A stretch of DNA of 64,000 nt from Octopus bimaculoides (GCF_001194135.2 NC_068997.1:47092597-47156596); one strand, 5' to 3'; shown: positions 49,806 to 63,110, numbered from the stretch's first letter. The notes: a model not told the origin generated them from the sequence alone. Program-made: numbers and translations.

Positions 49806-50474
49806 ATATATATATATATATANNNNNNNNNNNNNNNNNNNNNNNNNNNNNNNNNNNNNNNNNNNNNNNNNNNNNNNNNNNNNNNNNNNNNNNNNNNNNN
49901 NNNNNNNNNNNNNNNNNNNNNNNNNNNNNNNNNNNNNNNNNNNNNNNNNNNNNNNNNNNNNNNNNNNNNNNNNNNNNNNNNNNNNNNNNNNNNNNNNNNN
50001 NNNNNNNNNNNNNNNNNNNNNNNNNNNNNNNNNNNNNNNNNNNNNNNNNNNNNNNNNNNNNNNNNNNNNNNNNNNNNNNNNNNNNNNNNNNNNNNNNNNN
50101 NNNNNNNNNNNNNNNNNNNNNNNNNNNNNNNNNNNNNNNNNNNNNNNNNNNNNNNNNNNNNNNNNNNNNNNNNNNNNNNNNNNNNNNNNNNNNNNNNNNN
50201 NNNNNNNNNNNNNNNNNNNNNNNNNNNNNNNNNNNNNNNNNNNNNNNNNNNNNNNNNNNNNNNNNNNNNNNNNNNNNNNNNNNNNNNNNNNNNNNNNNNN
50301 NNNNNNNNNNNNNNNNNNNNNNNNNNNNNNNNNNNNNNNNNNNNNNNNNNNNNNNNNNNNNNNNNNNNNNNNNNNNNNNNNNNNNNNNNNNNNNNNNNNN
50401 NNNNNNNNNNNNNNNNNNNNNNNNCTTCGCATATTATTTGAAGAATTTTCATTCCTTTCTTTTTTTGTTTAGTT

Positions 50475-50509
<35 letters not shown>

Positions 50510-50611
50510 CTTTGTGAAGGATTGTAAGGTAGGTAGATGCAAATCTGAAAAATTGTGTTTATGGGTGCTGAGATATATTCGATTCAGGAGTTTGATGGTT
50601 AAGGCAACAGC

Positions 50612-50690
50612 AGCCGAAGAAGAAGGAGAAGGAGGGGAAGAAGATGGAGGGGAAGAAGAAGGAGAGGAAGAAGAAGAAGATGAAGAAAGT
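50612..50690 (+). repeat. (GAA/GGA)n purine tract
   Basis: Directly visible. Confidence 0.9.
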
Positions 50691-51347
50691 TTGTTCTAGC
50701 AGGACCTTCACGTCTAACTGGGAATAAATATTATTTCTCGGTATTAATACTGCTTATCTCGCTAATATATATATATATATATTTAACACGCTAACTGGCA
50801 AATCGCGACAGCAATACCTTTCTGACTTTCTCTATATCGCTAGCGGAGAGATGAGTTGCTATCACCGATGGAATCACGGAAGATCGAAATCACGTGATTT
50901 GGTGGTCTCTGCGTTGAAGTTCGTGGGGGATTTAACTCCCCCATGACGTTATAACAATATAACAAAACCAAGCGTGCATTCTACACCAAAAGACCATATG
51001 AGGGTTTCTCTCATGGTATCTGCCGCACAATATATAAATATGTGTGTGTGTGTGTGTTTGAACATACATACAATCATAAATGAATATCTATCTACCTGTA
51101 TAAAAACGTCAATTTCCAGAAGTGATATCATAGAAGATTAAGTTTATTTAATTTACTTCAGTTTAATTTCCCTTCAACAATAGCATGACTAAATCGTATG
51201 AACTGAATGAAACCGATAGCATATTTTGGTGAACATATAAATATTTTCTTTCTTTCGTTCAGGACAAATTCCTGAAAGAATTTTCCTTGCGTTTTAATAT
51301 AAATTTGCTCATGTGAAACCTTTTAACCTCTTAAGCTTTACAACAAC

Positions 51348-51378
<31 letters not shown>

Positions 51379-52255
51379 AACGCGCGCGCACACACACACA
51401 CACATACACACACCAATATGAACTTAGACGTTAGCTTCTCCATAAATTTCACTTCTATAAAAACGAAATTAACACTCGACTTCAGACATGAACTCTCATT
51501 CACAATTCATTCGGACATTCGATCATACTTTCCAGCAGGTTAAATGCTGATATCATTTAGTCTCAGTTCAGCCATTTTGCATAGACATAATACCAGAAAC
51601 GTTCCGGCTGTACTGTGTCATCTTCCTTTCTATTTTTGTGTGTGTTTTACAACACATGACAGCTGATTTATGATTCAAAGCTTGCGAATCGGTACTTAAA
51701 AGATTGTAAGAGATTGCAGCCTATGTCGCGGTAGAAGGAACACATTTTTAAACATTTCATTTCGATCTAGGAAATGATTATGTTTTTATTTAATGTAAAT
51801 GACAGTATTTACATAAAAGTCTTCTTTCTACTTTTGTTCTACTTGTAACCGTATTTGTCAGATGTATGATGGGTGCGAATGTGCGCGGATGTGTGCATAT
51901 ACATTTATGTGTATGTATGTATGCATGTATGTAGGTATTTATGTGTATTGCGTGTGCGTGTGTGTGTGTGTATATATATATATTTATCGATATATATATA
52001 TTTATCGATATATACATTTATACCTATATATACATATATATATACATTCATATATATGTGTGCATCTGTTTGTGTATGTGTCCGTCCTTGTGTGTGTATG
52101 TGTGTGTGTGCGCGCGCGTGGGCGTGTGTGTAGCAGCTAAACGATTGGAGGTTTGGTATCACATTTTTTGGTTACGGTCGTTTCAATAATATATCGGTCA
52201 GATATTTCATTTATCAAAGTGGGGACTATGAACAAAAAAATTAATTATGTAATAT

Positions 52256-52455
52256 TGATTTCAGATTTTGGCACAAGGCTAGCAATTTCGGGGAAAGCGG
52301 TAAATCGATTACATCGATCTCATTGCACAACTGGTACTTATTTTATCGACCCCTGAAAGGTTGAAAGTCAAAATCAACCTCGGTGGAATTTGAACTCGAA
52401 ATGTAAAGACGGACGAAATGCCGCCAAGCATTTTGCGTGGCGTGCTAATGATTCT
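52256..52455 (-). mobile_element. Near full-length family A SINE
   Basis: ttttggcacaaggc...ctggtacttattttatcgaccc...ggaatttgaactc...gcgtgctaatgattct. Confidence 0.9.
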
Positions 52456-52504
52456 ATATATATACATAGATATATATATACCACACTGTCACGGCTACGT
52501 CTAA

Positions 52505-52665
52505 GTGCAGGATTGGATGTGTGGTAAGTAGCTTGCTTACCAACGACATGGCATATGGTTCAGCCCCACTGTGTTGCACCTTGGATAAGTGTCCTCTACT
52601 ATAGCTTTGGGCTGACCATAACCTTGTGTGTGGATTTGATAGACGGGAACTGAAAGAAGCCTGTC

Positions 52666-52705
<40 letters not shown>

Positions 52706-53330
52706 NNNNNNNNNNNNNNNNNNNNNNNNNNNNNNNNNNNNNNNNNNNNNNNNNNNNNNNNNNNNNNNNNNNNNNNNNNNNNNNNNNNNNNNNNNNNNNN
52801 NNNNNNNNNNNNNNNNNNNNNNNNNNNNNNNNNNNNNNNNNNNNNNNNNNNNNNNNNNNNNNNNNNNNNNNNNNNNNNNNNNNNNNNNNNNNNNNNNNNN
52901 NNNNNNNNNNNNNNNNNNNNNNNNNNNNNNNNNNNNNNNNNNNNNNNNNNNNNNNNNNNNNNNNNNNNNNNNNNNNNNNNNNNNNNNNNNNNNNNNNNNN
53001 NNNNNNNNNNNNNNNNNNNNNNNNNNNNNNNNNNNNNNNNNNNNNNNNNNNNNNNNNNNNNNNNNNNNNNNNNNNNNNNNNNNNNNNNNNNNNNNNNNNN
53101 NNNNNNNNNNNNNNNNNATGTTTGTATATGTTTGTGTGTCTGTGTTTGCCCCACCATCGCTTAACAACTGATGTTGGTGTGTTTATGTCCCCGTAACTTA
53201 GCGGTTCGGCAAAACAGACCGATAGCATACGTACTAGGCTTACAAAGAGTATGTCCTGGAGTCAATTTGCTTGACTAAAGGCGGCGCTTCAGCATGGCTG
53301 TAGTTAAATGACTGAAACGAATAAAAGAAT
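52505..53330 (+). mobile_element. Complete bipartite family B SINE with an expanded internal microsatellite and gap
   Basis: 5' half 52505-52667, (TA)n plus N gap about 52668-53135, 3' half about 53136-53330. Confidence 0.85.
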
Positions 53331-53335
53331 ATATC

Positions 53336-53495
53336 TACGACGGGCTTCTTTCAGTTTCCGTCTACCATATCCACTCACAAGGCTTTGGTCGGTCTGAGGC
53401 TATAGAAGACATTTGTCCAAGTTTGCATGTAGTGGGATTGATCTCGGAACTATGTGGTTGAGAAACAAGCTTTTTACTATGCTATCACACCTGCG
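53336..53495 (-). mobile_element. SINE family B 5' half, inverted relative to 52505-52667
   Basis: acgacgggcttctttcagtttccgtctaccatatccactcacaaggctttggtcgg. Confidence 0.9.
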
Positions 53496-54008
53496 TCTAG
53501 CTACGCCTGAATATGGCCGTAAGCATTGATTATGTAATATTAATTCATATTAACAACAACCCATAGTGACTTCTTCATGACGGAATGACTAAATTAAGAC
53601 GTGGAAGCTTGGGTCATTTCACCTATGTATTGAGACAGACAATCTGGTAGAATATCGCAATATTCCTGTAGCTCGGAAACAGCAACTCACAGACATACAC
53701 ATAAAGAACAATAGGTCACAGAGGAATAAAGTTAATGCTTATCATTTTATAAGATTAATTTTTGAAGCTGGGTTTTTTTACTTAGTGTATACATATTTAG
53801 AGAAGTGTTTGGTCGGAACAGCAAAGACTATTTAAATACCATTGTCACTGCATAGAGATTCATAAATATACTGGGTTTTGTATATCTTGAGTAGATTCAA
53901 AGAATAAGAATACAGTAATGATTAAAGAGAGAAAAGGAAAGAAGTAAAGAAAAGAATAATGTAAGAAGGCATGAGTGCACACACACACACACACACACAC
54001 ATACACCC

Positions 54009-54055
<47 letters not shown>

Positions 54056-55009
54056 CACACATGTATGTATGTGATGTGATATCGCATGAAGTTGAATCAT
54101 ATTCAACACGTTGGAGTGCACTCAACCATGAGAAGGCATGTCACTGCTGAGATAGACCCAAGGAGAAAATTACCCTCTTAGATATCTGTAAAGACATAAG
54201 AAAGGGGTGTGAAAGATAGCAGTAGATTCGAGGACGCATGCGTTTCTATTTTGTTTCACTTTGTTAACTTCAAAAACCTAACCTGTCTCCGTTAGCCCGG
54301 CATGACTGAAATTATTATTATTAAAATAGCATACGGAAAGTATGCTGACATTCGTCAAACTTGATGAAGCTAGAATTAAATAATTGATGTCTCATGAAAC
54401 AATGCTGAATGAAATATATACGGGTAAAGCCATATTCAACACTTTCGTGTCCATTCGGACGCGAGAAGACCATCACAGACTGTGAGTGAGTTATGATGCG
54501 AACCCGTATATTTAATTAGACACTGAACTCCGCTTAACCCCATTGCCCTATGTCACATTGTAGCACAGATCTCTAGAATTTATTTCTACGTCTCAAAACT
54601 TAGAAACGAATGTAAATCGTTCGGCTGCTTGTTTTCGCAATTCGATGATCAAATAAATTCTTGATTCTTTATTAAATAACTTCACAGTATCGAAATTCTT
54701 CCAATTCACTGACGGTTCTAGAAGCAAAGATTTTTTTAAATTGTATTATTTTACAATTGATAAATAAAACAAATTTATTCAACGATAAGATTGGATTGGC
54801 CAAACAAAGAATATATATGATTATTGCTTTCGTACAATAAAAAACTCACTGTTAATTGGTAATCGATTCCTGGTTATCTCTATTGAATAAATCACCTGAT
54901 ATTTTTTGCTGTTCTTACTGTTATTTTTATTGTTTAGTCCCAGGACGGCTTTAACCAAAAAGATTTATGATGAAAAGCCGTGATTTTGATTCCTGCAATA
55001 TATCTAGAA

Positions 55010-55170
55010 CGCAGACATAACAAAGTGGTTAAGAAGCTTGCTTCGCAACCATGCGGCTGAGAGTTAGATCCGACAGCTTGGTATCTTGGGTATGTGTTTA
55101 TCTTAACTTTGGGCCAATTCAAGCCTTGTGTGCGAATTTCTGTCGATAGAAACTGAGTGGAAGCCCGTCA
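55010..55170 (+). mobile_element. SINE family B 5' half, diverged
   Basis: gtggttaagaagcttgcttcgcaaccatgcgg...aagccttgtgtgcgaattt...gaaactgagtggaagcccgtc. Confidence 0.8.
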
Positions 55171-56679
55171 AAAGGATGTAATTAGACAATCTTGTATTGA
55201 TATCCTTTCGCTACACTGTTTCTACCGGAGAATGACTGCCGGATAACACACATATATCTGGAATACTCGGCAATTTCCGACGCTAAAACAGTGAATAGAT
55301 CGGCGAGTTGATCGAAAACCTGAACACTTTTACGTCGAAACCAATTAGAAACTTTATCATCTTCATCTTAGCTATCGTCGTCATCGTCTTGGCCCTCATC
55401 CTCCCTCATTATTGACGTTGTGATCATTGTCGTCGTCGTCCTCGTCATCATCATCATCATCATCTAGGACAACAGTAGGGAGAAGAAATTTGAAGGAAAT
55501 TTAACTACTATTTTTAGCGGCTCACTTGACCTCGTAAGGGTAGGTTTTCTTGTTATTCGTTTAGAGGAGTAGGTTTTGATTATTGCTTTCTTGTTTACAG
55601 AATAAGTTTAATTCAGCGCCACAGAGTATAGGATCTCCGTCTACTTACCACGTACTTTCTTGCATTTACCATATTTTGCTGCTATTAGCGCCAGCCTTGA
55701 TAACTACCTTGTTATTATTAAATAATAACAAAAACGCGGTAGAGAAGTACAATTAAGGAACATACAAAAGAACATGAAAAAACACGCAATCAACGAACGC
55801 AGACATACTCAATCCTTTATCAGTCATCGACCAAATATTACAATTTCATTACCCTCCGATAATATTGTTCAGTTTGACGATATTAGCAACATTAGATGCT
55901 GGGGTATAAATGAGCAGACGAATATGATGAGAAAAAAATAATAAAGTAAGGGCAATAACAGAAAAGACGAGGTCTGTAGATCGAAAAGTTAAAAGAACGA
56001 ATTATGAGAAGAATAGGGGAAATATATAAAACGAAAGAAATAAGCAAGGAAAGTAACAGAAAAATAATAAACGACACAGAGAGATATACATGGACATAGA
56101 ATGCGTTTCAACTATGCGATAGCAAAATTCCTTTCTTATACATTTCTACGCCAAATTACTTGTTTTTGGTGTTGTCCTCATCGTTGTTGTTGGTAATTGT
56201 CCTCAGTGCGTAGGCTTCGCACATCACACTGTTTAACATCAGCGCCTGGCTATCGCATGTCGCGAAACTTAAACTTACTGTTACTGCCGATTTAGAGTTT
56301 TAGATGGATATCTTATGCCTTAGAAATAAAGAAATCGTTGGAGTTCATTCATGTATTACTAATTATTTAAACTGTTCTGTTCCCGAAGACTGTGCACTTT
56401 GCATTTATTGTATTTCAAATTCCAGAGAGCAAAAGGTTTTAATTTTTTTGGGGCAGTCACTTAAATATAATTACGGCTTAGAGTAAAAATAGAACGTGTT
56501 CGCGAGAGAGATAGAAAGAAATAGAGATAGAGAAAGAGATAGATATATAGTGAGAGAAAGAGAGAGAGGGACAAAGAGAGAGAAGGAGAACGAGAGAGAG
56601 AATGGCAAAGAGAGTGTTACCAGGCTCAACCAATCAAGATTTTATCTATGACAGGGTACTTTGTTTCTTATTTATGACA

Positions 56680-56875
56680 GCATGATGACGACGACGATGA
56701 CGACAGACGATGATAACGACGATGCTGCTGCTGATGATGATGACGACGATGATGATGTGGAGGAGGGGGAGTAGGAGCAGAAGCAAGAGGAGGAGGAAGA
56801 GAAGGATGGTGGTGGTGTTTTTCGTAGCGTGGTGTAGCAGTGGTGGCAATTTTGGTAATGGTGGTGCTGGTGATA
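56680..56875. repeat. Mosaic trinucleotide tract (GAT/GAC/GAG/GGT); similar tract at 55365-55465
   Basis: Directly visible. Confidence 0.85.
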
Positions 56876-57358
56876 CAATGTTCAGGTGAAAGAGTGCAGG
56901 AAGCTGAGTCCTCTTTATTCCACTACACTTAACTGTTGTTGTTCATAATAATAAAACTTAAACCCGATTAAGAAAGATGGAATATTTTTATATATAAAAA
57001 TATTTAAAAGTTATTTTATTTGTAGCAAATGTGCTGTAACTATAAAGATTTGTTTAATGGCTCGTGTATATGTGTGCCTATATAGCATATAAATATAATA
57101 TAAATATAAATATATGAATGTATAAATATATAAATATTTGCATATAAGTATGTGTGTATATGCATATGTATATATATGTATATAAATATACACACATATA
57201 CAGTCATACATACGCATGCGTGTATGTAAGTATGTATATATGTATGTATGTATGTTCTCCTCTTTTTAATTTAGAATACATTTTGACCGACCACGGTACA
57301 TGGTAGCAAGGTTTTAAAGAAAAACATCTTGTTTTAACCATCATTACGGATGTATGTA

Positions 57359-57535
57359 AAGGCGGCGAGCTAGCTGAGTCGTTAGCACGCTGGACGAAAT
57401 GCTTAGCGGTACTTCGCCCATCTCTACGTTCTGAGTTCAAATTCCGCCGAGGTCAACTTTACTTTTCATCCCTTCGAGGTCGATAGGGTAAGTACTAGTG
57501 AAACACTGGGGCCTTGTGCCTATAGTAGAAAGGAT
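57359..57535 (+). mobile_element. Family A SINE with a deletion in the tail
   Basis: aaggcggcgagctagc...gagttcaaattccgccgaggtcaactttac...ccttgtgcctatagtagaaagg. Confidence 0.9.
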
Positions 57536-58321
57536 TATGTATGTTTGTGTGTATGTATGTGTTTATATGTATGTTTGTCATTATTCAGTTTTCTTTCACG
57601 ATTTCTTGCCAATAGAGAAAGAGCCGGTTTCTAACCTACATCCAATTCAATGGAATGTCAACATCAACAACGGGGTATTTTTGCATGCATGTATGTATGT
57701 GTGCAGGTTTGTATGTTTTGTTTTATGTATGTATTCTCATTTCTATAGTTGCATTGCATATCTAGACATGCTCATATATATTTAAATGATAAACTTCTGG
57801 AACGTTTTGCAGATTTTTACAGTTCCTGTGATGGATAGGATTTGTAGTCTTCGAATAAAACCCGAATTAAAACGAAATTAATCTTTACTAAAAGAAAAAA
57901 GGAAAAAAAGATGGACGGAATGTTTGCTTGAGTACTTAATGATTGAAGTTAGAATTAAATAAATGCTGTCGTACGAAGCAATGTCCAACACAAAAATATT
58001 CAAGATAGATAGATAGATAGATAAACAGTTTTACATCTATCTCTATATATAATATATAAACATATATATATGTATATCTATATATATGTGTGTGCGTATA
58101 TAATATGTATAAATATATATCTATATACATGTATACACACACATATATATACATATATGAATACATATCCATAGACATGTATATATATATATATATATAT
58201 ATATTGTACACACGCACACACACATATGTATATGAAGAGAGAGAGAGAGGGTGAGAGAGAAAGAGATAAATACTGCTAGAAGGAATGATAAATAGATAGA
58301 CAGACAGACAGAGAGATAGAC

Positions 58322-58355
<34 letters not shown>

Positions 58356-59140
58356 CGAGATGGAGTGTGACTGAGATGGAAAAATAAGGTAAAACCATTT
58401 AGACAGACAGATAAGTAGCGACAAATGTTATACAGTTTGAAGAAAATGGGTCCTTCATTCTCCATAAATAAAAAAAATAAACAAATGTATACGCTCATAT
58501 GATTGGTCAATTTCTTTTTAATAACAAGACCTAGATTTGTTTAGTCTGTAAATTGATTAGAAATTTTTCTCCATTGTAAAGGAAACGAAAATAGTTATGG
58601 CTTCGCAATGTCATTAAACCTACTTCCATCCTGGCATGCTACACAGTTATTCCATTGTCTCCAAATCTTCATGTGATAATTTATGGGATATCGGTGCAGA
58701 AGTTATGTGGTAGACAATAAATTGCTACTAAGTTTGTCAAAGATGTAGGAAATCTTAGGAAAGTTGATCGTCTGCTCAGTCATTTTATTTTTTCTCGTCT
58801 TTTGTGTGAAAATATTTTGTAGGAGAGAATGAAGTAAAGCCAGTGATATAACAACAGCGAAAGCAACAACATGGACATCAACAAGGAGCAGTGGCAACAA
58901 CAATAATAATGCTTTCTGTTATTGCCTCGGGTGCAGAAGGTGGAGGACTTTTTAATGACAAATCAACAAAAATCATGAAGGTTTCACATGAGAATAACAG
59001 AAAAAGACGACATATAAAAACAAGCTAACACATGCACGCACACGCACACACACACACACACACATATACATATATGTATATAGATATGTACATAGATATG
59101 TATATGTATATAGATATGTACATAGATATGTATATATATA

Positions 59141-59175
<35 letters not shown>

Positions 59176-59176
<1 letters not shown>

Positions 59177-59362
59177 CAGGGCACGATGGGTAAATTGTCA
59201 CCATTTTATATTTTTAATTTCGTGCATGCGCATGGTTTGTTTTTAATTTTATCGATTACACAGTATGGTAGGGTCAGTTGGGCACCGTCTGTGATAAAAA
59301 CAGCACCATGACGCAATTCTCTTTGGCAGAAATTTGGAAACGACATGCTGTACTGTACTATA
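59176..59362 (+). mobile_element. maT/DD37D-type element, 5' end with TIR
   Basis: ta-cagggcacgatgggtaaattgtcacc TIR and accatgacgcaattctctttggcagaaatttggaaacgacatgctgtact, homologous to the reverse complement of 43270-43430. Confidence 0.8.
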
Positions 59363-59374
59363 TGTATATGTATA

Positions 59375-59407
<33 letters not shown>

Positions 59408-59417
59408 NNNNNNNNNN

Positions 59418-59447
<30 letters not shown>

Positions 59448-59450
<3 letters not shown>

Positions 59451-59560
59451 GTACTAGGCCTACAATGAATAAGTCCTGGGGCAGATTTGTTCGACTAAAG
59501 GCGGTGCTCCAGCATGGCCGCAGCCAAATTATTGAAGCAAGTAAAAGAATAAAAGAATAA
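59448..59560 (+). mobile_element. SINE family B 3' end after (TA)n
   Basis: agtactaggcc...gaataagtcctgggg...cgactaaaggcggtgctccagcatggccgc. Confidence 0.88.
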
Positions 59561-59999
59561 ACGTGTAAAACTATACATATATAAAATGGTAATATAAACA
59601 CGAATATTACTTCTCTGATTATGAAATCTTATGTTTAGTGCAAGTCTGCACTCGTCTGCGACATATGAAGACTGCAGTGAACAGACCAATCTGATTTTAC
59701 TCTGTTGCAATGGCCAAGGTGACCCAGACACTAGTATGTTAGTTTGAAATTTGTCTTCTAACAAAAGAAAGGGACAATAAAACTGAAATTGCACCCATTC
59801 TACAGTGATGTGCTATACAAGTGTTTGAAATGGAATTTATGATACATTATTTGGAAATAAATACACATCGATATATTCTGATCTGTTCCAGAGATGTAGT
59901 GTTCAATACCTCTGTATGTTTTTTTTTGTGGTGAGTAATATACAATAATCTGATGCATATGCAATTTATAAATTCAATATGTATGTAAAAATATACATA

Positions 60000-60175
60000 T
60001 TGGATTGTATTGTATTGCCCATGTTAAGTCCACTGCAAGTAGAAGGCCTCAGAATGTTCTCTCCAGCAACGGTCCAGTGTGGAAACCGTGAATTCAAGCA
60101 AGAGATCGTACTGGTTTGATGAGCCTACTTCTGCCATACTGACGCAACATGGCTTAGAAAAGTCGATTACATGCA
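60000..60175 (+). repeat. Unclassified interspersed repeat (family G); second copy at 63225-63360
   Basis: Shared agtccactgca...gaaggcctc...tggtttgatgag.cta...catgg...aaagtcgatta. Confidence 0.65.
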
Positions 60176-60491
60176 TATAAAATTCTTACATATCATAAAC
60201 ATATCTTTCGGACAATGATATCTGCAGTTTCCTGCAAATGCACATTCTTCAGCGAAGCGGATAGATCCGTAGTGAAGTAGTAACTCACATTTTGTTTCGT
60301 TGGAATTGGTCTAAGTTACCGAATTGTCGGAGCGTTAAATTGAAATTCACCAGTTAGTGCAGGTACACAAACAGCAATATAAAATTAAACCCATCTCATT
60401 CCACCGGAGGCCTCACGTTTCGTGGAAAAGAAAAAAACAAAAAAACAAGAACGTCTGTATCTTTTATGACTTCTTATACGTAAATTGTTAA

Positions 60492-60720
60492 GTGGAGTCG
60501 CACAGCCTGGTGATTAGAGACGTTGGATTCTCGATCGGAGTATCGCGGTTTCGATTCCCTGACTGAGTGATTCGTTGTGTTCTTGAGCAAAATAATTCAC
60601 TTCAAGTTCCTCTAGTCCATTCAGCTGTAAACGAGTGACCCTTGTTCGATGGAAATGTTATGACTTCAATCATTTATACACCATAGAAACCAGGTAACTG
60701 ACCATGTGAGTCCAAGGACT
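60492..60720 (+). mobile_element. SINE family C
   Basis: gtggagtcgcacagcctggtgattag...gcggtttcgattccc...cgttgtgttcttgagcaa...agtccattcagctg. Confidence 0.75.
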
Positions 60721-61334
60721 CGACCAGTAATGTCCAGCAGTTGACTGTGTGAAGGCAAGCCAGGGGACTGATGAATTTGTACCAGACAAGAATCCAGAAC
60801 GAAAACAGATGGAATAAATATTACGAAGCATCTCGTCCGACCTACCACCCGGGGTTTGTACTTTATTTTCTCGACCCCGTAAAAGTGTTTTTATTATTAA
60901 TTTAAGTGAGGGTTATTAAAATTTGTTATTATTGTGAAGGGCCATTACGGGTGTTTAAATATAAATATGTTTAATTGATTACATAAAACTCGTCCTGTTT
61001 TGAAAATTGTAAATGGGGCATTCATTGATTTGCTGTCACCTGTTAATTTGTTTGTTTGATGGAATTTTGGTTCTTTATTACGATTATGTTTAATTATTCA
61101 GTTATTAAGCGGTATTTTTCTTGCTATACATTACACTTCGTGTATTGAGTATTCTTTTGATGTTGTGATTCATATTATGCGGAACGTAAATTACGGTTGG
61201 GTATTGCGACTTACGATGAAAAGTATTGTAGCCATGGCTAATCGGGCTTATTTATAGGGATGGCGTATCCCGGAATATATGAGATAATGTGTCGATTTTT
61301 AAAAGACAGCTGAGTTATTTTGATTACCATTAAA

Positions 61335-61685
61335 AAATCTCACTATATTGATGGTACTTATTTCGTTTTTAAGTGTGGTACTTATTCTGTCGGTCCCTTT
61401 TTCCAAACCGCTAAGCCACGAAGATGTAAACAAACCAATACTGGTTGGCAAGGGATAGAGGTGGAATAAACACAGACACAAACAAACCCAAACACACACA
61501 CACACATACACACATATACGACAGGCTTTCTCACAATTTCCGTCTATCAAATTCCATTGCAGGGCTTTGGTCGGCCCGGGGTTATAGTAGAAGACACTTG
61601 CTCAACGTTCCGCGTGATAGTACTGAACCCGAAACCAGGTGGCTGGAAAGGGGTGCTGCTTTACCGCACAGCCATGCCTGCGCCT
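61335..61685 (-). mobile_element. Complete bipartite family B SINE with a short internal (CA)n
   Basis: Head ends at gccatgcctgcgc (~61683); CORE-like agacacttgctcaa; microsatellite 61491-61518; the 3' half (accgctaagcc, gtacttattctgtcggtccc) continues to about 61335. Confidence 0.85.
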
Positions 61686-62336
61686 TTATGCATAAATACA
61701 ACACTAGCCTTCTATGATACAGTTCTCCTACACGAACGCCAAACATCTGATAGATTTATCATAATATTATTTATTACTGTTTGTAGATACCATCTTGAAA
61801 TTGTCAGCCAGTTTGCTGCAATGAATCAATCATTTGTTTGATGTGTACTTAACAAACAAGATTAAGTGGCTATATTTACAGATTATCACTGATGCAAGTT
61901 ACATATATAAGGTTTTTGGCTTTTCATATCCGTTCTGATCTCTATCGATACTTCGAACAGGATTTTGATCGAGTGCAACGTGTTTTATTTAAGTTTCCGG
62001 TACATTAGTGTAATTAGTACATAAGTATAATTGTTATTCTGTTTTGTTTTTGATTGTTTGTTTCATTTTGCTTTTTTTGGCATTGGATCATCGTGGGGTA
62101 TATTTAATTGGAAGTTTGGTTTTCGTGCTGTAGTATTAAGCACTATTAATCTTAGTGATGTACATAGATCAGCGGAGTTTTATTGGAAGGTAACTGAAAG
62201 TTTATGACTACCAATTTTATCATTTTCCTTAGTCGTTAGCAACATGAAACGGAAATCAAAACTGTTGCAAATAGTGCTCGCAAAAACTTTAACACATTAC
62301 CGTGTTTACATTATCTTTCACTGTTTGGTTTGTTTA

Positions 62337-62735
62337 AGGCGGCGAGCTGGCAGAATCGTTACCACGCCGCATAAAATGCGTAGCAGCATTTCTTAAGTCT
62401 TGTTGCATTACGAGTTGAAATGAGTACTATTTCAGCACTTGGGGCGATGTAATTGACTTTTCCCACCCCCAAAATTTCGGACCTTGTGCTTATATTAAAA
62501 AAAAACATTAGTGGTTTCTCCAAAGCAGCGAGCTGGCAGAATCGTTACCACGCCGGACCAAATACTTAGCAAAATTTCTTCCGGCTCTTCACGTTTTGGT
62601 TTCAAATGCTGCCAAGGACAATTTTGTATTTTTTTCTTTCTGAGTGAATAAAATAAATACCAGTTCAGCACTGGGGTCAATATCATCAGCTTCCTCCTCC
62701 CCTGAAATTTAGTGGCCTTATGCCAAAATCAGAAA
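62337..62735 (+). mobile_element. Two tandem family A SINEs (62337-62500 internally deleted; 62522-62735)
   Basis: Both start gcgagctggcagaatcgttaccacgccg. Confidence 0.88.
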
Positions 62736-62914
62736 AAAAATTGGTTTGCTTATGACATAGTAATCTGTCCAGTTAAGGCTGCTACTATTTAAATTCATCT
62801 GGGATGACACCAAGACAGATTTCTAGTCCACTTATATTAGTCTATGATGATGTGAAGGTACATGGTTACGGTGTTGGATTCATGACCTTCCGCTACTTCA
62901 GCAATATAACTACA

Positions 62915-63110
62915 CATGTGCTGTTGGTGATTATTTTTTTTTCCTTCTTCGGATTTTTCCATTTCCCCTTTCCGAAGAGCGCTATGATCGAAACGTCGAA
63001 TGCTCTCTCTTTTTACCGAGCGTCAAGCTAATGCATTCCTTGCGCACGTCCTCTTGCTTGTTAATTTTATTATTCGTTTATTTGAATTGACTATTTACCG
63101 CAAACTCACA
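62915..63110 (+). mobile_element. Second copy of the ~200-bp hammerhead-bearing element
   Basis: CCGAAGA 62972-62978, GAAAC 62990-62994, GUC 62995-62997; flanks match 14481-14682. Confidence 0.55.

Noticed and set aside
50514-50699. Glu/Gly-rich 61-aa ORF
   Set aside because: It is a (GAA/GGA)n purine tract with no supporting gene structure.
59495-59930. Exon-like signals on both strands (DKFQTNILVSGSPWPLQQ.. on minus; ASLHSSATYEDC.. on plus)
   Set aside because: The candidates are mutually exclusive, plus-strand joins hit a stop, and the resemblance to cullin or GPCR motifs is too weak.
60111-60172. TTGATGA...GAAA hammerhead-like core in family G
   Set aside because: Both copies have T at the invariant C3 position, and helix I cannot form.
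60205-60260. Minus-strand CUGAAGA...GAAACUGCAG hammerhead-like string
   Set aside because: No U at 16.1, and helix I complementarity is displaced by about 8 nt.
61892-62008. Short protein-like ORF MQVTYIRFLAFHIRSDLYRYFEQDFDRVQRVLFKFPVH
   Set aside because: 38 aa, weak splice signals, and equally plausible-looking frames on the opposite strand.
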